Under the pieces are notes generated by a model. That model saw nothing but the letters and a program-made list of their open reading frames with translations. It did no database searches and was not told the origin of the DNA. 64,000 nt of DNA, taken from contig JBGUTP010000007.1 of assembly GCA_045133095.1 (NCBI GenBank), positions 7,669 through 71,668 of the forward strand. The letters are read 5' to 3'. The translations under genes and the position numbers were made by a program. Of this stretch, positions 48,265 through 57,252 are shown piece by piece. This stretch comes from Candidatus Enterousia sp. Its GTDB lineage: Bacteria > Pseudomonadota > Alphaproteobacteria > Rs-D84. Position 1 is the first letter of the stretch. Each line of letters starts with the position of its first letter.

Positions 48265-49957
48265 ATTCTTCACAGACTTTTCTGATTCCCGCGCCCCTAT
48301 TTTCATCCGGGATGGTTTGCATATTGATTTTGCGACCTTCAAATCAGATGTTGCGCGCCACGCAACGTATTTCAGTCACCTGGGCTTATCACGCGCGACA
48401 TTGTACACAGAAAACGATTTTTACACTTTTTGTGTGTATTTCATGGCACTTTTACAATCGGGTTGCGATGTCATACTGCCGGCGTTATTATCAGACCAAA
48501 ATACATTATCACTGACTGACACGCCACTGATTACCAACCGCCCGGATTTATTTTCATCATTTTCCAAGATAATACCACTTGACACTATCCCCTCTGTCCC
48601 ATCATATCAGTTTCGCGACATTAACAACCGCACGATACATTTTTTCACATCAGGCAGCACCGGCACCCCCAAACAGATAAGCAAACCTTTTCACACCCTA
48701 TCTGCCGAGGTCACATATCACGCATCACACTTGTCTGCACTTGCATCCGCCGCCCCTGTAATGATTGCATCAATTGCACCCCATCACATGTATGGCTTAC
48801 TGTGGCGTTTTTTATTTCCACTATCTGCGGGCATTCCAACCGACACAGACTTAATTTTCACCCCCGAAGAACTAATCGAAAAACAGTCTGCATATCCAAA
48901 CATAATCTTTGCCACCACGCCATCATTTTTGGATTGCATATCTAAATACAAGACACAATACGACTTCAGGAAAAATTTTTCTGCCATCTTCACATCGGGC
49001 AGCATGCTGTCCGCCGACACATCTGCATCTGCAATGGAAATTTTTGGCGTATCCCCCATTGAAATTTACGGCAGTACCGAAACCGGCGGCATCGCATTCC
49101 GCCAACAAGGCGAAACCAACATTTGGGAAAAATTTGACACCACAATAATATCCACCGACCTGACGGACCAATTAATCGTGACATCACCTTTTTCATATAA
49201 AAACCCATTTACAATGTCGGACATAGTCACATTGACCGACGACACGCACTTTATTTTGCACGGTCGCACAGACCGCATGGTAAAAATTGCCGAAGAACGC
49301 ATATCCCTGCCCCAGGCGGAACAGCACCTAATCCAACATCCCTATATCAATCAGGCTTTCTTATCTGCGATTTCCCAAAACAATCGAACCGTTATCGGTG
49401 CCATAATATCCCTGACCGATGCGGGGCGTAACGCATTAATTGCCAACGGACGTCAACATATTATAACCATCATCAAAGACCAATTGCGCCCTATCTTGCC
49501 ATCTGTTGCCATCCCGCGCAAGATTCGCCTGACCCACGCCCTTCCTTTCACCCCCCAGGGCAAGATTTTAAAATCAGACACAGACGCCATCTTTTCCAAT
49601 CGCATTTATGAACCTGTAATCACGAATTTAATAACAACACCTGATTGCATATCGGCGAACCTGACATTTTTACCGGACTCGGAATATTTCCGCGGTCATT
49701 TTACCGACCATCCTATTTTGCCTGGGGTTATCCAACTGCATTTTGTAATGACATTTATAAAGATGTTTTTTGGGATTGCGCACTCTGGCAATTACACCAT
49801 TTCAAAATTAAAATTTTCCAGTCTGATTCTGCCCGGCACCACAATCAGGTTTCAATTAAACCGTCTGTCACAAAATTGCTTTTCCTTTCAATACGAATCA
49901 GAAACATCCAAACATTCATCAGGCAAAATAACATTTCAGGACACACAACATGTTTAA
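48248..49957 (+). CDS. AMP-binding acyl-ACP synthetase fused to hotdog dehydratase (ApeH+ApeI-like)
   Basis: FTSGSTGTPK, YGSTETGG, GRTDRMVK; C-terminal YFRGHF.DHPILPGV.Q. Confidence 0.85.
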   Translation: MTPINRFFTDFSDSRAPIFIRDGLHIDFATFKSDVARHATYFSHLGLSRATLYTENDFYTFCVYFMALLQSGCDVILPALLSDQNTLSLTDTPLITNRPDLFSSFSKIIPLDTIPSVPSYQFRDINNRTIHFFTSGSTGTPKQISKPFHTLSAEVTYHASHLSALASAAPVMIASIAPHHMYGLLWRFLFPLSAGIPTDTDLIFTPEELIEKQSAYPNIIFATTPSFLDCISKYKTQYDFRKNFSAIFTSGSMLSADTSASAMEIFGVSPIEIYGSTETGGIAFRQQGETNIWEKFDTTIISTDLTDQLIVTSPFSYKNPFTMSDIVTLTDDTHFILHGRTDRMVKIAEERISLPQAEQHLIQHPYINQAFLSAISQNNRTVIGAIISLTDAGRNALIANGRQHIITIIKDQLRPILPSVAIPRKIRLTHALPFTPQGKILKSDTDAIFSNRIYEPVITNLITTPDCISANLTFLPDSEYFRGHFTDHPILPGVIQLHFVMTFIKMFFGIAHSGNYTISKLKFSSLILPGTTIRFQLNRLSQNCFSFQYESETSKHSSGKITFQDTQHV

Positions 49958-50690
49958 CCCAGTAATACTTATACCATGCTTTAATCATGCTGATGCGCTG
50001 GCATCGGTTGCATCCCGCATTGCAGACCTATCTATTCCTGTAATCATCATTGACGACGGCAGCACCCAAACCCAATCGGACAAGATACGCACAATATGTG
50101 CCAACAACAACTATACCTATATTCACCAGACCCCAAACGCCGGCAAAGGTGCCACCATGATAACAGGCTTTCGCGCCGCCCATGACATGGGTTTTTCGCA
50201 CGCCCTTCAGATTGACGCCGACGGACAGCACGACATATCAGACATTCCAAAGTTTTTATCCACCGCCCATCAACACCCGACCGCATTAATCACCGGCGCC
50301 CCCATTTATGATTCCAGCGCCCCAAAATCCCGTCTAATCGGTCGCAAAATCACAGATTTTTGGGTGGCAATAGAAACCCTTAACCGTCACATGCCCGATT
50401 CCATGTGTGGTTTTCGTGTTTATCCCCTGTCTGCCACATCTAAAATATTGCGCACACTGAAATTCAAGCGCATGGGCTTTGACATTGAAATATTGGTAAA
50501 GCTTTTCCGCACAGGCACCCCGATAATACCAATTTCCACCAAAGTTATTTATCCGCCGTGTGGCATTTCCCATTTTCGTGTCTGGCGCGACAATTTTTAT
50601 ATCAGCCTGCTGCACACCTATCTATTTATCACAATTCCAACATGGTTAATTACAAAGGCGTTCAAAAAATGTACGAAACAATCGAACTAG
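49950..50690 (+). CDS. Glycosyltransferase family 2 (ApeJ N-half-like)
   Basis: IPCFNH, DDGS, GKGA, DADGQH, SMCGFRVYP, FDIE. Confidence 0.88.
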   Translation: MFNPVILIPCFNHADALASVASRIADLSIPVIIIDDGSTQTQSDKIRTICANNNYTYIHQTPNAGKGATMITGFRAAHDMGFSHALQIDADGQHDISDIPKFLSTAHQHPTALITGAPIYDSSAPKSRLIGRKITDFWVAIETLNRHMPDSMCGFRVYPLSATSKILRTLKFKRMGFDIEILVKLFRTGTPIIPISTKVIYPPCGISHFRVWRDNFYISLLHTYLFITIPTWLITKAFKKCTKQSN

Positions 50691-51073
50691 AAATCCCATT
50701 TTATGACCTGGACCCTATGCAGGTCGTCTGGCACGGCAACTATATAAAATATTTTGAACGCGCACGTTGCGCCCTGCTGGCTAAGATAGGCATGACTTAT
50801 ATCGACATGAACGATGCTGGCTATGCATTTCCTGTGGTTAAACTGTCTGTAAAATACATACGTCCATGCACATTTGGTCAACGCATAATTGTCAAGGCCA
50901 CCCTTATCCCATCGGACAGTTTTTTAATTTTTGATTATGAAATCACCGATGCGACATCCGGCACAAAAATCTGTCGCGCCCAAACCAAACAGATGGCATT
51001 TGACATTGCAAACGAATGCAGTTTATGTATAATTCCGGAACCATTCCTATCAAAAATCCAAGGTGCCAAATAA
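50669..51073 (+). CDS. Acyl-CoA/ACP thioesterase (ApeK-like)
   Basis: FYDLDPMQVVWHGNYIKYFERAR. Confidence 0.88.
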   Translation: MYETIELEIPFYDLDPMQVVWHGNYIKYFERARCALLAKIGMTYIDMNDAGYAFPVVKLSVKYIRPCTFGQRIIVKATLIPSDSFLIFDYEITDATSGTKICRAQTKQMAFDIANECSLCIIPEPFLSKIQGAK

Positions 51074-51666
51074 TGAAGAAACTTTGCTTATTTTTGTCAT
51101 TACTGATACCGCTGTCGGCGCACACCGCCCCAATCAGTGAAATGCCACCACGCCTGCAGACCTTTTCTGAAAATCTGGGTACGGTCACCGCGACCTTTAC
51201 CCAAACCAAGATACTGCCCGAAATTACACGGCGTTTCATATCAACAGGCCGGGTTAAATTTATCAAAGGCACTGGTTTTACATGGCAACAAACAACACCA
51301 ACCACAAAAACATTTACCGCCACAACAGACCAATATTGCACAGAAGACGGCATTGCCCATCCATTAAATGAACTGCCCCACTTTAATTATGTCAAGCAAA
51401 CTATTGACGACATGCTTAGCGGTGATATGAACAAATTTTTATTCACATTTTCCGTTGACTATACCGACACACCCGATTCTGATTTATGGCATCTGACCGC
51501 GACCCCACGTTTCAGCACGATATCCGACATCCTGCAAGACATCACCATGTATGGCAGTACAACCGACCTGACAAAAATAATTATCACATACCAAAACGGC
51601 ACGATTCTTATCATGGAATTCGCAAAAACATCCCAGGACCCTATCAACGATGAAATTAAATGTTAA
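51073..51666 (+). CDS. LolA-like carrier protein (ApeL-like)
   Basis: Signal peptide, FTQTK, STG..F....F.WQ..P, W.L.ATP. Confidence 0.75.
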   Translation: MKKLCLFLSLLIPLSAHTAPISEMPPRLQTFSENLGTVTATFTQTKILPEITRRFISTGRVKFIKGTGFTWQQTTPTTKTFTATTDQYCTEDGIAHPLNELPHFNYVKQTIDDMLSGDMNKFLFTFSVDYTDTPDSDLWHLTATPRFSTISDILQDITMYGSTTDLTKIIITYQNGTILIMEFAKTSQDPINDEIKC

Positions 51667-53800
51667 ACAGATTATTTTTGGCATCTGCATTTTACTGTTC
51701 GGGGCAATAACTTTTATTCCCCGTTCGACAATAACTGTTCAAACAGACCTGACATCATTAGTATCAACCCATGATTCCAACTGGCCAACGGGCAACATAA
51801 CCGATTCGTTTTCATCGGTGGCAAGTGTGATAATCAAATCAAAATCGGAAACTTCCGCTAACGTTGTCGCAGAACAATTTATTGCGAAATTACAGGACAA
51901 TAATTTTCCAGGATTTTCCAACAATCACTTTTCACTGCGTGAAATTTCAAATGAATTGGTCAACCATCACGGCAATTTATTAAGCCCACAATATCGCCAC
52001 CTTATCAAATCTGGCGATACTGCGACCATCACCCAAAATGCCATAAATCAAATATCACAATCACTGACCCCAACCATTGCCCCTCTGACCCAAGACCCAT
52101 TTTTAATTTTGACAGATTATATATCCGCCCTATCAACATCATCCGCTAATTGGACACCCAAAAACAATATGCTGTGGCAATATCGCCATCCCTTTCACTA
52201 TTATCTGATTACATTAAACATGCCATCATCGGCAAATGACGATTTTTTACAACACGTCAACCTTATTAAAAACGCTGCAAAAACTTTATCCACCCCGGAC
52301 GTTCAGGTCCTGGTTGCCGGCGCACCTATGCACACCGCCCACATGGTACAACACAGCAAATCAGAACTGGGGCTGCTGTCATCCCTGGCGATTATTGCCG
52401 CCATTATATTAGCATGGTTGCTGTTTCATCACACATCTGCACTGTTGCCAATCATATCATGCCTGTTCACAGGCTTTGTTGCCGGCACCACATCACTATT
52501 TTTCTTTTTTGACACGCCACACATTTTAGTCTTTGTGTTTGGCACCACACTTATCGGACTGGGCATAGATTACACATTTCACTTTATGACCGCCGCATCA
52601 TCTGACCAAGGCTCATCTATTCGCAAAAACATCTTTCATTCGTATTTAACGACAATGCTTTGTTTTATTCCGCTGTTATTTTCAGACCTGTCGTTATTAC
52701 AACAAATATCGGTCTTTACGATAACCGGCATCACTACGATATACTTATGCATGTTAATTTTTATGCCCCGCAATCTAGATCTTACCCCACGACACACAAA
52801 TCTTCCACGCCCGCTTACAGGTAGCACTCGCTTTTATACACTGATATCAATATGCACGATAATTTTTGTATGTCTGCCCTTTACCCGCATTGAAAACAAT
52901 ATGTCAATGCTGTACAGACCAACCGCCGAATTAGTTTCCGGCGACAAACTGCTGTCCGAATTAAGCAACGTCTCTGCCACAAAATTCTTGTTGGTCCGCG
53001 GTCCCGACCTGCAATCCGTACTGGCGACCGAAGAAGAAATCAAATCGCGCACACCATTCTTTGGCATATCAAGCATCATTCCATCCATCACCCGCCAACA
53101 GGAAAATCAACAACTGATACAAAAACTTTATAACGAACAATTATCCACACTGGTAAACGAACTTGGATTAAAACAAACACCTGTTTTTAACACCACGTCC
53201 CCATTAACACCCGACAACATCAATTCAAACTTTATAAAAAATTGGATACAAAAATTAACAATAACCCATAATGGCAAAGTTTATTCCATATCCCAGGTTC
53301 CATTAGACTTTTCCACCACGCACCCTGATGCCAAGACATTATCACCATCGGACATGCTGACAAACCAAATATCAAAATACAGTACCGAAACATATCACCT
53401 GCTGACTTTATGTACTGTAACGTTATTAGGCTTACTGTTGATATTATACGGTCGTCGGGCATTACACTATTTAATTCCTTCGATATTGGGCATTGGCTTA
53501 ACCATCGCGCTTTTAACAATCATGGGTCAGCCGATTACATTCTTTCATCTGCTAAGTCTGTTTATTGTAATTGGCTTAAGCCTGGACTATACCATCTTTC
53601 ACATTAATTCCACCAACACATCCGAACTGCGCCCTGTACTGTTCTCTTTTCTAAGCAGTTTTATAGGTTTTGGCTTACTGTCATTTACAACATTTTTTCT
53701 TATCCAATCAATGGGCCTGACACTGGGGCTGGGGTTGGGTCTATCATACCTTATATCATTTTACATGTTCCGCCCCAACCATCATGGGCAAAACACCTAA
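51650..53800 (+). CDS. MMPL/RND family transporter (ApeM-like)
   Basis: FGTTLIGLGIDYTFH and IGLSLDYTIF repeats; about 12 TMs. Confidence 0.82.
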   Translation: MKLNVKQIIFGICILLFGAITFIPRSTITVQTDLTSLVSTHDSNWPTGNITDSFSSVASVIIKSKSETSANVVAEQFIAKLQDNNFPGFSNNHFSLREISNELVNHHGNLLSPQYRHLIKSGDTATITQNAINQISQSLTPTIAPLTQDPFLILTDYISALSTSSANWTPKNNMLWQYRHPFHYYLITLNMPSSANDDFLQHVNLIKNAAKTLSTPDVQVLVAGAPMHTAHMVQHSKSELGLLSSLAIIAAIILAWLLFHHTSALLPIISCLFTGFVAGTTSLFFFFDTPHILVFVFGTTLIGLGIDYTFHFMTAASSDQGSSIRKNIFHSYLTTMLCFIPLLFSDLSLLQQISVFTITGITTIYLCMLIFMPRNLDLTPRHTNLPRPLTGSTRFYTLISICTIIFVCLPFTRIENNMSMLYRPTAELVSGDKLLSELSNVSATKFLLVRGPDLQSVLATEEEIKSRTPFFGISSIIPSITRQQENQQLIQKLYNEQLSTLVNELGLKQTPVFNTTSPLTPDNINSNFIKNWIQKLTITHNGKVYSISQVPLDFSTTHPDAKTLSPSDMLTNQISKYSTETYHLLTLCTVTLLGLLLILYGRRALHYLIPSILGIGLTIALLTIMGQPITFFHLLSLFIVIGLSLDYTIFHINSTNTSELRPVLFSFLSSFIGFGLLSFTTFFLIQSMGLTLGLGLGLSYLISFYMFRPNHHGQNT

Positions 53801-54319
53801 ATCAATCTGATATCCATTCCATTCAACTTCATTTTTCTGATGCGCCCCAGCCAATGCAATTAAATATTTTCCCATGGTCCAATATTGGACCCACGCATCA
53901 TTACATCCACGTTTAAGTACGGCCTCACCCCTAACAAAATTACGATAAAAAGTGTCTGCACTTGCATCGGCATCATACCCCAACACCGCATTCAACGCCG
54001 GGAAATCGCGCGTTATTTCCGTATTTTCAACATCAACCCCAACAGGTTCGTCATCTATCGCCAAGACAACCATTGAATCACGATGCGCCAAACTTACCCA
54101 CGCCCCCTGCACACACAACCGCCCATTTTCATCCGTCCACGGACATTTTTTCAACACATCGAACACCATGGCATGCCCGACCAAGAACTGTAGTTTTCGA
54201 TTTTCATTATTAAAATCAAGATACCTTTGCGCATCACTTTCACTTAATTTTTCATACAATTGCGCTATTTTTCCTGACTGGTTGCGAAAACAATTTAAAT
54301 CTGCTATATAAACTTTCAT
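53756..54319 (-). CDS. 4'-phosphopantetheinyl transferase
   Basis: SLAH, PVGVDVE, EAVLK; start MKVYI at 54319 with TTGCCT-17-TATAAT upstream. Confidence 0.78.
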   Translation of the reverse strand: MKVYIADLNCFRNQSGKIAQLYEKLSESDAQRYLDFNNENRKLQFLVGHAMVFDVLKKCPWTDENGRLCVQGAWVSLAHRDSMVVLAIDDEPVGVDVENTEITRDFPALNAVLGYDADASADTFYRNFVRGEAVLKRGCNDAWVQYWTMGKYLIALAGAHQKNEVEWNGYQIDLGVLPMMVGAEHVK

Positions 54320-55256
54320 GACAAGCATTATAAAATCAAATAAAAACAAAGGCAAGCCTTCAACCCACTGGCACAATCAACACGAACAAAGTGCTGGCAT
54401 CATCAGGCTGGAAATTTTATGGCGCATTTATAAAATATTTGGCTTACGCACAATCAAACTGATTTTATACCCTGTATCATTCTTTATTGCCCTTTTTGCC
54501 CGCGCCCCCCGACATGCATCATACCAATATCGTCAGATACTAAACGCATATCAATCAAGACATAACCTGCCCATAACACGTTTTTCATCATTTGCGCACA
54601 TCCGCACCTTTGCGTATTCATTGATTGATAAACTATCTGCGAACTGCGACAAAAAAACACCTTTAAAATTCACACACGAACCCAACAATGACTATCAAGA
54701 CTTCAAAAAAATCCTGGCTGAAAATCATGGTGCATTTTTAATCTGTTCACACCTTGGCAACATCGAAGCATTATGTGCCATTTCCGATGCCCGAACAAAA
54801 ACCATGCACGCCTTTATGCAGGTCACCCAAACCCAAACCTTTCACAAATTTATGACCAATAAATCTGTAAATCGTCACACCATTTTGCACCCAACCGAAA
54901 ACATAGACATTTCTGTTGCCGGCACAATGTATGATAATTTATGCCAAGGCGACCTGGTTATGATGGCGGGCGACCGCACATCCGCAACCGCCCCACACAA
55001 AACCATCCCCACCGAACTGCTTGGCACGCCCTGTCACCTGCCCCTTGGGGTTTTTAAGTTTGCTCGCGGCATGTCGCACCCTGTTTTTGCGATTGCCCTG
55101 CTTAACACAGGTGGCTGCAACTATAAATTATATTTAAAACGTCTGGACACGAACACCACAACCACAATGGCATCGCAATATACAGATTTTCTTAACGACT
55201 TATTGGTACGCTATCCAAAACAGTGGTTTAATTTCTATAAATACTTTCAAAATTAA
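54318..55256 (+). CDS. LpxL/LPLAT-type acyltransferase (ApeJ C-half-like)
   Basis: HW..Q.E, SHLGNIE, MAGDR, P.QWFNFY.YF. Confidence 0.8.
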   Translation: MTSIIKSNKNKGKPSTHWHNQHEQSAGIIRLEILWRIYKIFGLRTIKLILYPVSFFIALFARAPRHASYQYRQILNAYQSRHNLPITRFSSFAHIRTFAYSLIDKLSANCDKKTPLKFTHEPNNDYQDFKKILAENHGAFLICSHLGNIEALCAISDARTKTMHAFMQVTQTQTFHKFMTNKSVNRHTILHPTENIDISVAGTMYDNLCQGDLVMMAGDRTSATAPHKTIPTELLGTPCHLPLGVFKFARGMSHPVFAIALLNTGGCNYKLYLKRLDTNTTTTMASQYTDFLNDLLVRYPKQWFNFYKYFQN

Positions 55257-55278
55257 AAATGCCCTTATCGGGCATTTT
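55256..55278. terminator. Bidirectional terminator
   Basis: AAAATGCCC-TTATC-GGGCATTTT. Confidence 0.75.
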
Positions 55279-55297
55279 CATCTGACTATCTATACCC

Positions 55298-55561
55298 CTA
55301 GCGAGTATGCTTTAAAATTTCTTCACGCGCCACACCTGCCAGCATACAACCATTACCACGCTGGAACGGATTAAACACCACGTTTTCATCAATCACTGGT
55401 GCTGTTTCTGCAACAACCCCTAATTTAGCCTCTGCAGGTACAATTTTCAAAATTGTATCCTTACCTAAATTATAATCCTTAATAATGCAATGCCCATGGA
55501 AATTGCACTTACCTGATTTGCCATCCAAATACGCACAGCGCATAGAATTACAAGTTGACAT
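55298..55561 (-). CDS. Small Cys-containing hypothetical protein
   Basis: MSTCNSMRCAYLDG..CNFHGHC..GCML; SD-like AGGGG. Confidence 0.55.
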   Translation of the reverse strand: MSTCNSMRCAYLDGKSGKCNFHGHCIIKDYNLGKDTILKIVPAEAKLGVVAETAPVIDENVVFNPFQRGNGCMLAGVAREEILKHTR

Positions 55562-55687
55562 AATATAACCCCTTTGTTTTTTGTTAATTTTTTCGCCAAA
55601 GATATTAACAAACATTTTTATTTGTCAACTTGTTTTTATTCCTAGTCCCCCAATCACACTTAAAAACCCCCATTTCTGGGGGTGGCA

Positions 55688-56554
55688 TTATATTAAACCA
55701 AACGAAGTTATATAATTGAAAGATATTCCCATTATAAAGTTACTGCCATAAACATCTGCCCCACGCGCGCGCGCCCGACGGTATTGCACATATGGCCCCA
55801 TTGTTAAATCGCCCCACAGGTTCGTATCCAAACGCAAAACTGCGCTTAAATCACGTTCCAGGTCAGTTGCGACAAATTCAGAATAACTCAGATATTCACG
55901 ATAATATCCATTCGAAGACAATTTAACACCATCTCGAATCTGGTACTCTAATCTCCAACCTAATTCTGCCGCCAATTTACTTGTCTGATGCCCTGCATCG
56001 GTAAAATCATATTCATACACCCCTGTCAAATACAGACTTTTTACAACCGTATTATCGAACAATGAAATACCCGCATTGGCACGAATTATATTCTGTCTTG
56101 CCACATCATCGCTGGTCTTAAATTCTGTATCGTATGCCCCACGCACAGTTGGACCAAATTTAAATCCAGAAAATTCCCAACACGCGTAAGACAAATTACT
56201 GCTTAACAAAATATCATCTGCATTTTCACTGGTTGTGGCGGGTTCATCATACGGTTTCAGTTTTGTTTCACCATATTCCATAAACAAACTGTTATCCCAC
56301 TGGAACCGATTTTTATTATATTCCAACGCAGTATCAAAGACACCCTTAATAAAATCTTGACTATCTGCCCTTAATGCGGACACAGGCGATTCCTGATATT
56401 CTGCGGCATGTCTTATCTGTGTCTTGGACCATTCCAACCCGATACGTCGCACCGCCAACACCAACGACCCTTTATCATCATCTTTTACTGCATCATCTGC
56501 ATAAGACACCATTGGCAACATAGCCAACATAAAAAACAACGGTAATTTTTTCAA
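55688..56554 (-). CDS. Outer-membrane beta-barrel protein (DUF481/DUF3078-like)
   Basis: Signal peptide, amphipathic beta-strands rich in Y/F/W. Confidence 0.6.
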   Translation of the reverse strand: MKKLPLFFMLAMLPMVSYADDAVKDDDKGSLVLAVRRIGLEWSKTQIRHAAEYQESPVSALRADSQDFIKGVFDTALEYNKNRFQWDNSLFMEYGETKLKPYDEPATTSENADDILLSSNLSYACWEFSGFKFGPTVRGAYDTEFKTSDDVARQNIIRANAGISLFDNTVVKSLYLTGVYEYDFTDAGHQTSKLAAELGWRLEYQIRDGVKLSSNGYYREYLSYSEFVATDLERDLSAVLRLDTNLWGDLTMGPYVQYRRARARGADVYGSNFIMGISFNYITSFGLI

Positions 56555-56620
56555 GATTTTCCCCTTTTATTTCCGTTTTGTACGATACCCTAAAAAAGCC
56601 AAAAGTCAAGGAACAAAAAC

Positions 56621-57229
56621 CTATTTCCAGATACGCATTCCGCCATCATTTGCGGCATATTTCCAACCAGCCTCTCTGACTGCTGCGGTAAACTTGCTTC
56701 TTGCGGACACAGGCACCGCCACCCTTGCCTGTCCTTTTGAAATATATTGTGTTCCCAAATCAATTTTCAACGCACGCGCAATTTTATTCAGTTCCATCCA
56801 ATTTGCCATTCCATCCGACATAGACACCACAACAATGAACGAATCCTGCGTATCATCATTTGGCACCCAGTTTTGAACATTACCTGCATCCAACCAGGCA
56901 CGCGCCGCATCTGCATCAACAGTCATGGTAATCGTTGCCGCATAGGTAGTATCTGAAAACTGTTCCCCATCAATGCTGGACGCAGAAATTATATTCATCA
57001 ATTCTGAATTTTCTGCGTTATTCAGCGCACTTTTCAAACCATCTACATCTGCATATTGCCGCAATGCATCGAAAATAATTTCACGTCTTGCGGTATTAAA
57101 GGCTTTATTTTTTGCCTCTGCTGCGGTATCGCTGGTCACATTCACCGACGACACCCCTTTCAGTTCTATTGCGCCTGCCGCCCCCAACGCATGCATTGCA
57201 ACCAAAGCAAACAATAATTTTTTCAACAC
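56621..57229 (-). CDS. Secreted hypothetical protein
   Basis: Signal peptide MLKKLLFALVAMHALGAAGA. Confidence 0.65.
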   Translation of the reverse strand: MLKKLLFALVAMHALGAAGAIELKGVSSVNVTSDTAAEAKNKAFNTARREIIFDALRQYADVDGLKSALNNAENSELMNIISASSIDGEQFSDTTYAATITMTVDADAARAWLDAGNVQNWVPNDDTQDSFIVVVSMSDGMANWMELNKIARALKIDLGTQYISKGQARVAVPVSARSKFTAAVREAGWKYAANDGGMRIWK

Positions 57230-57252
57230 TTTACAATACCCTTTACTATATA

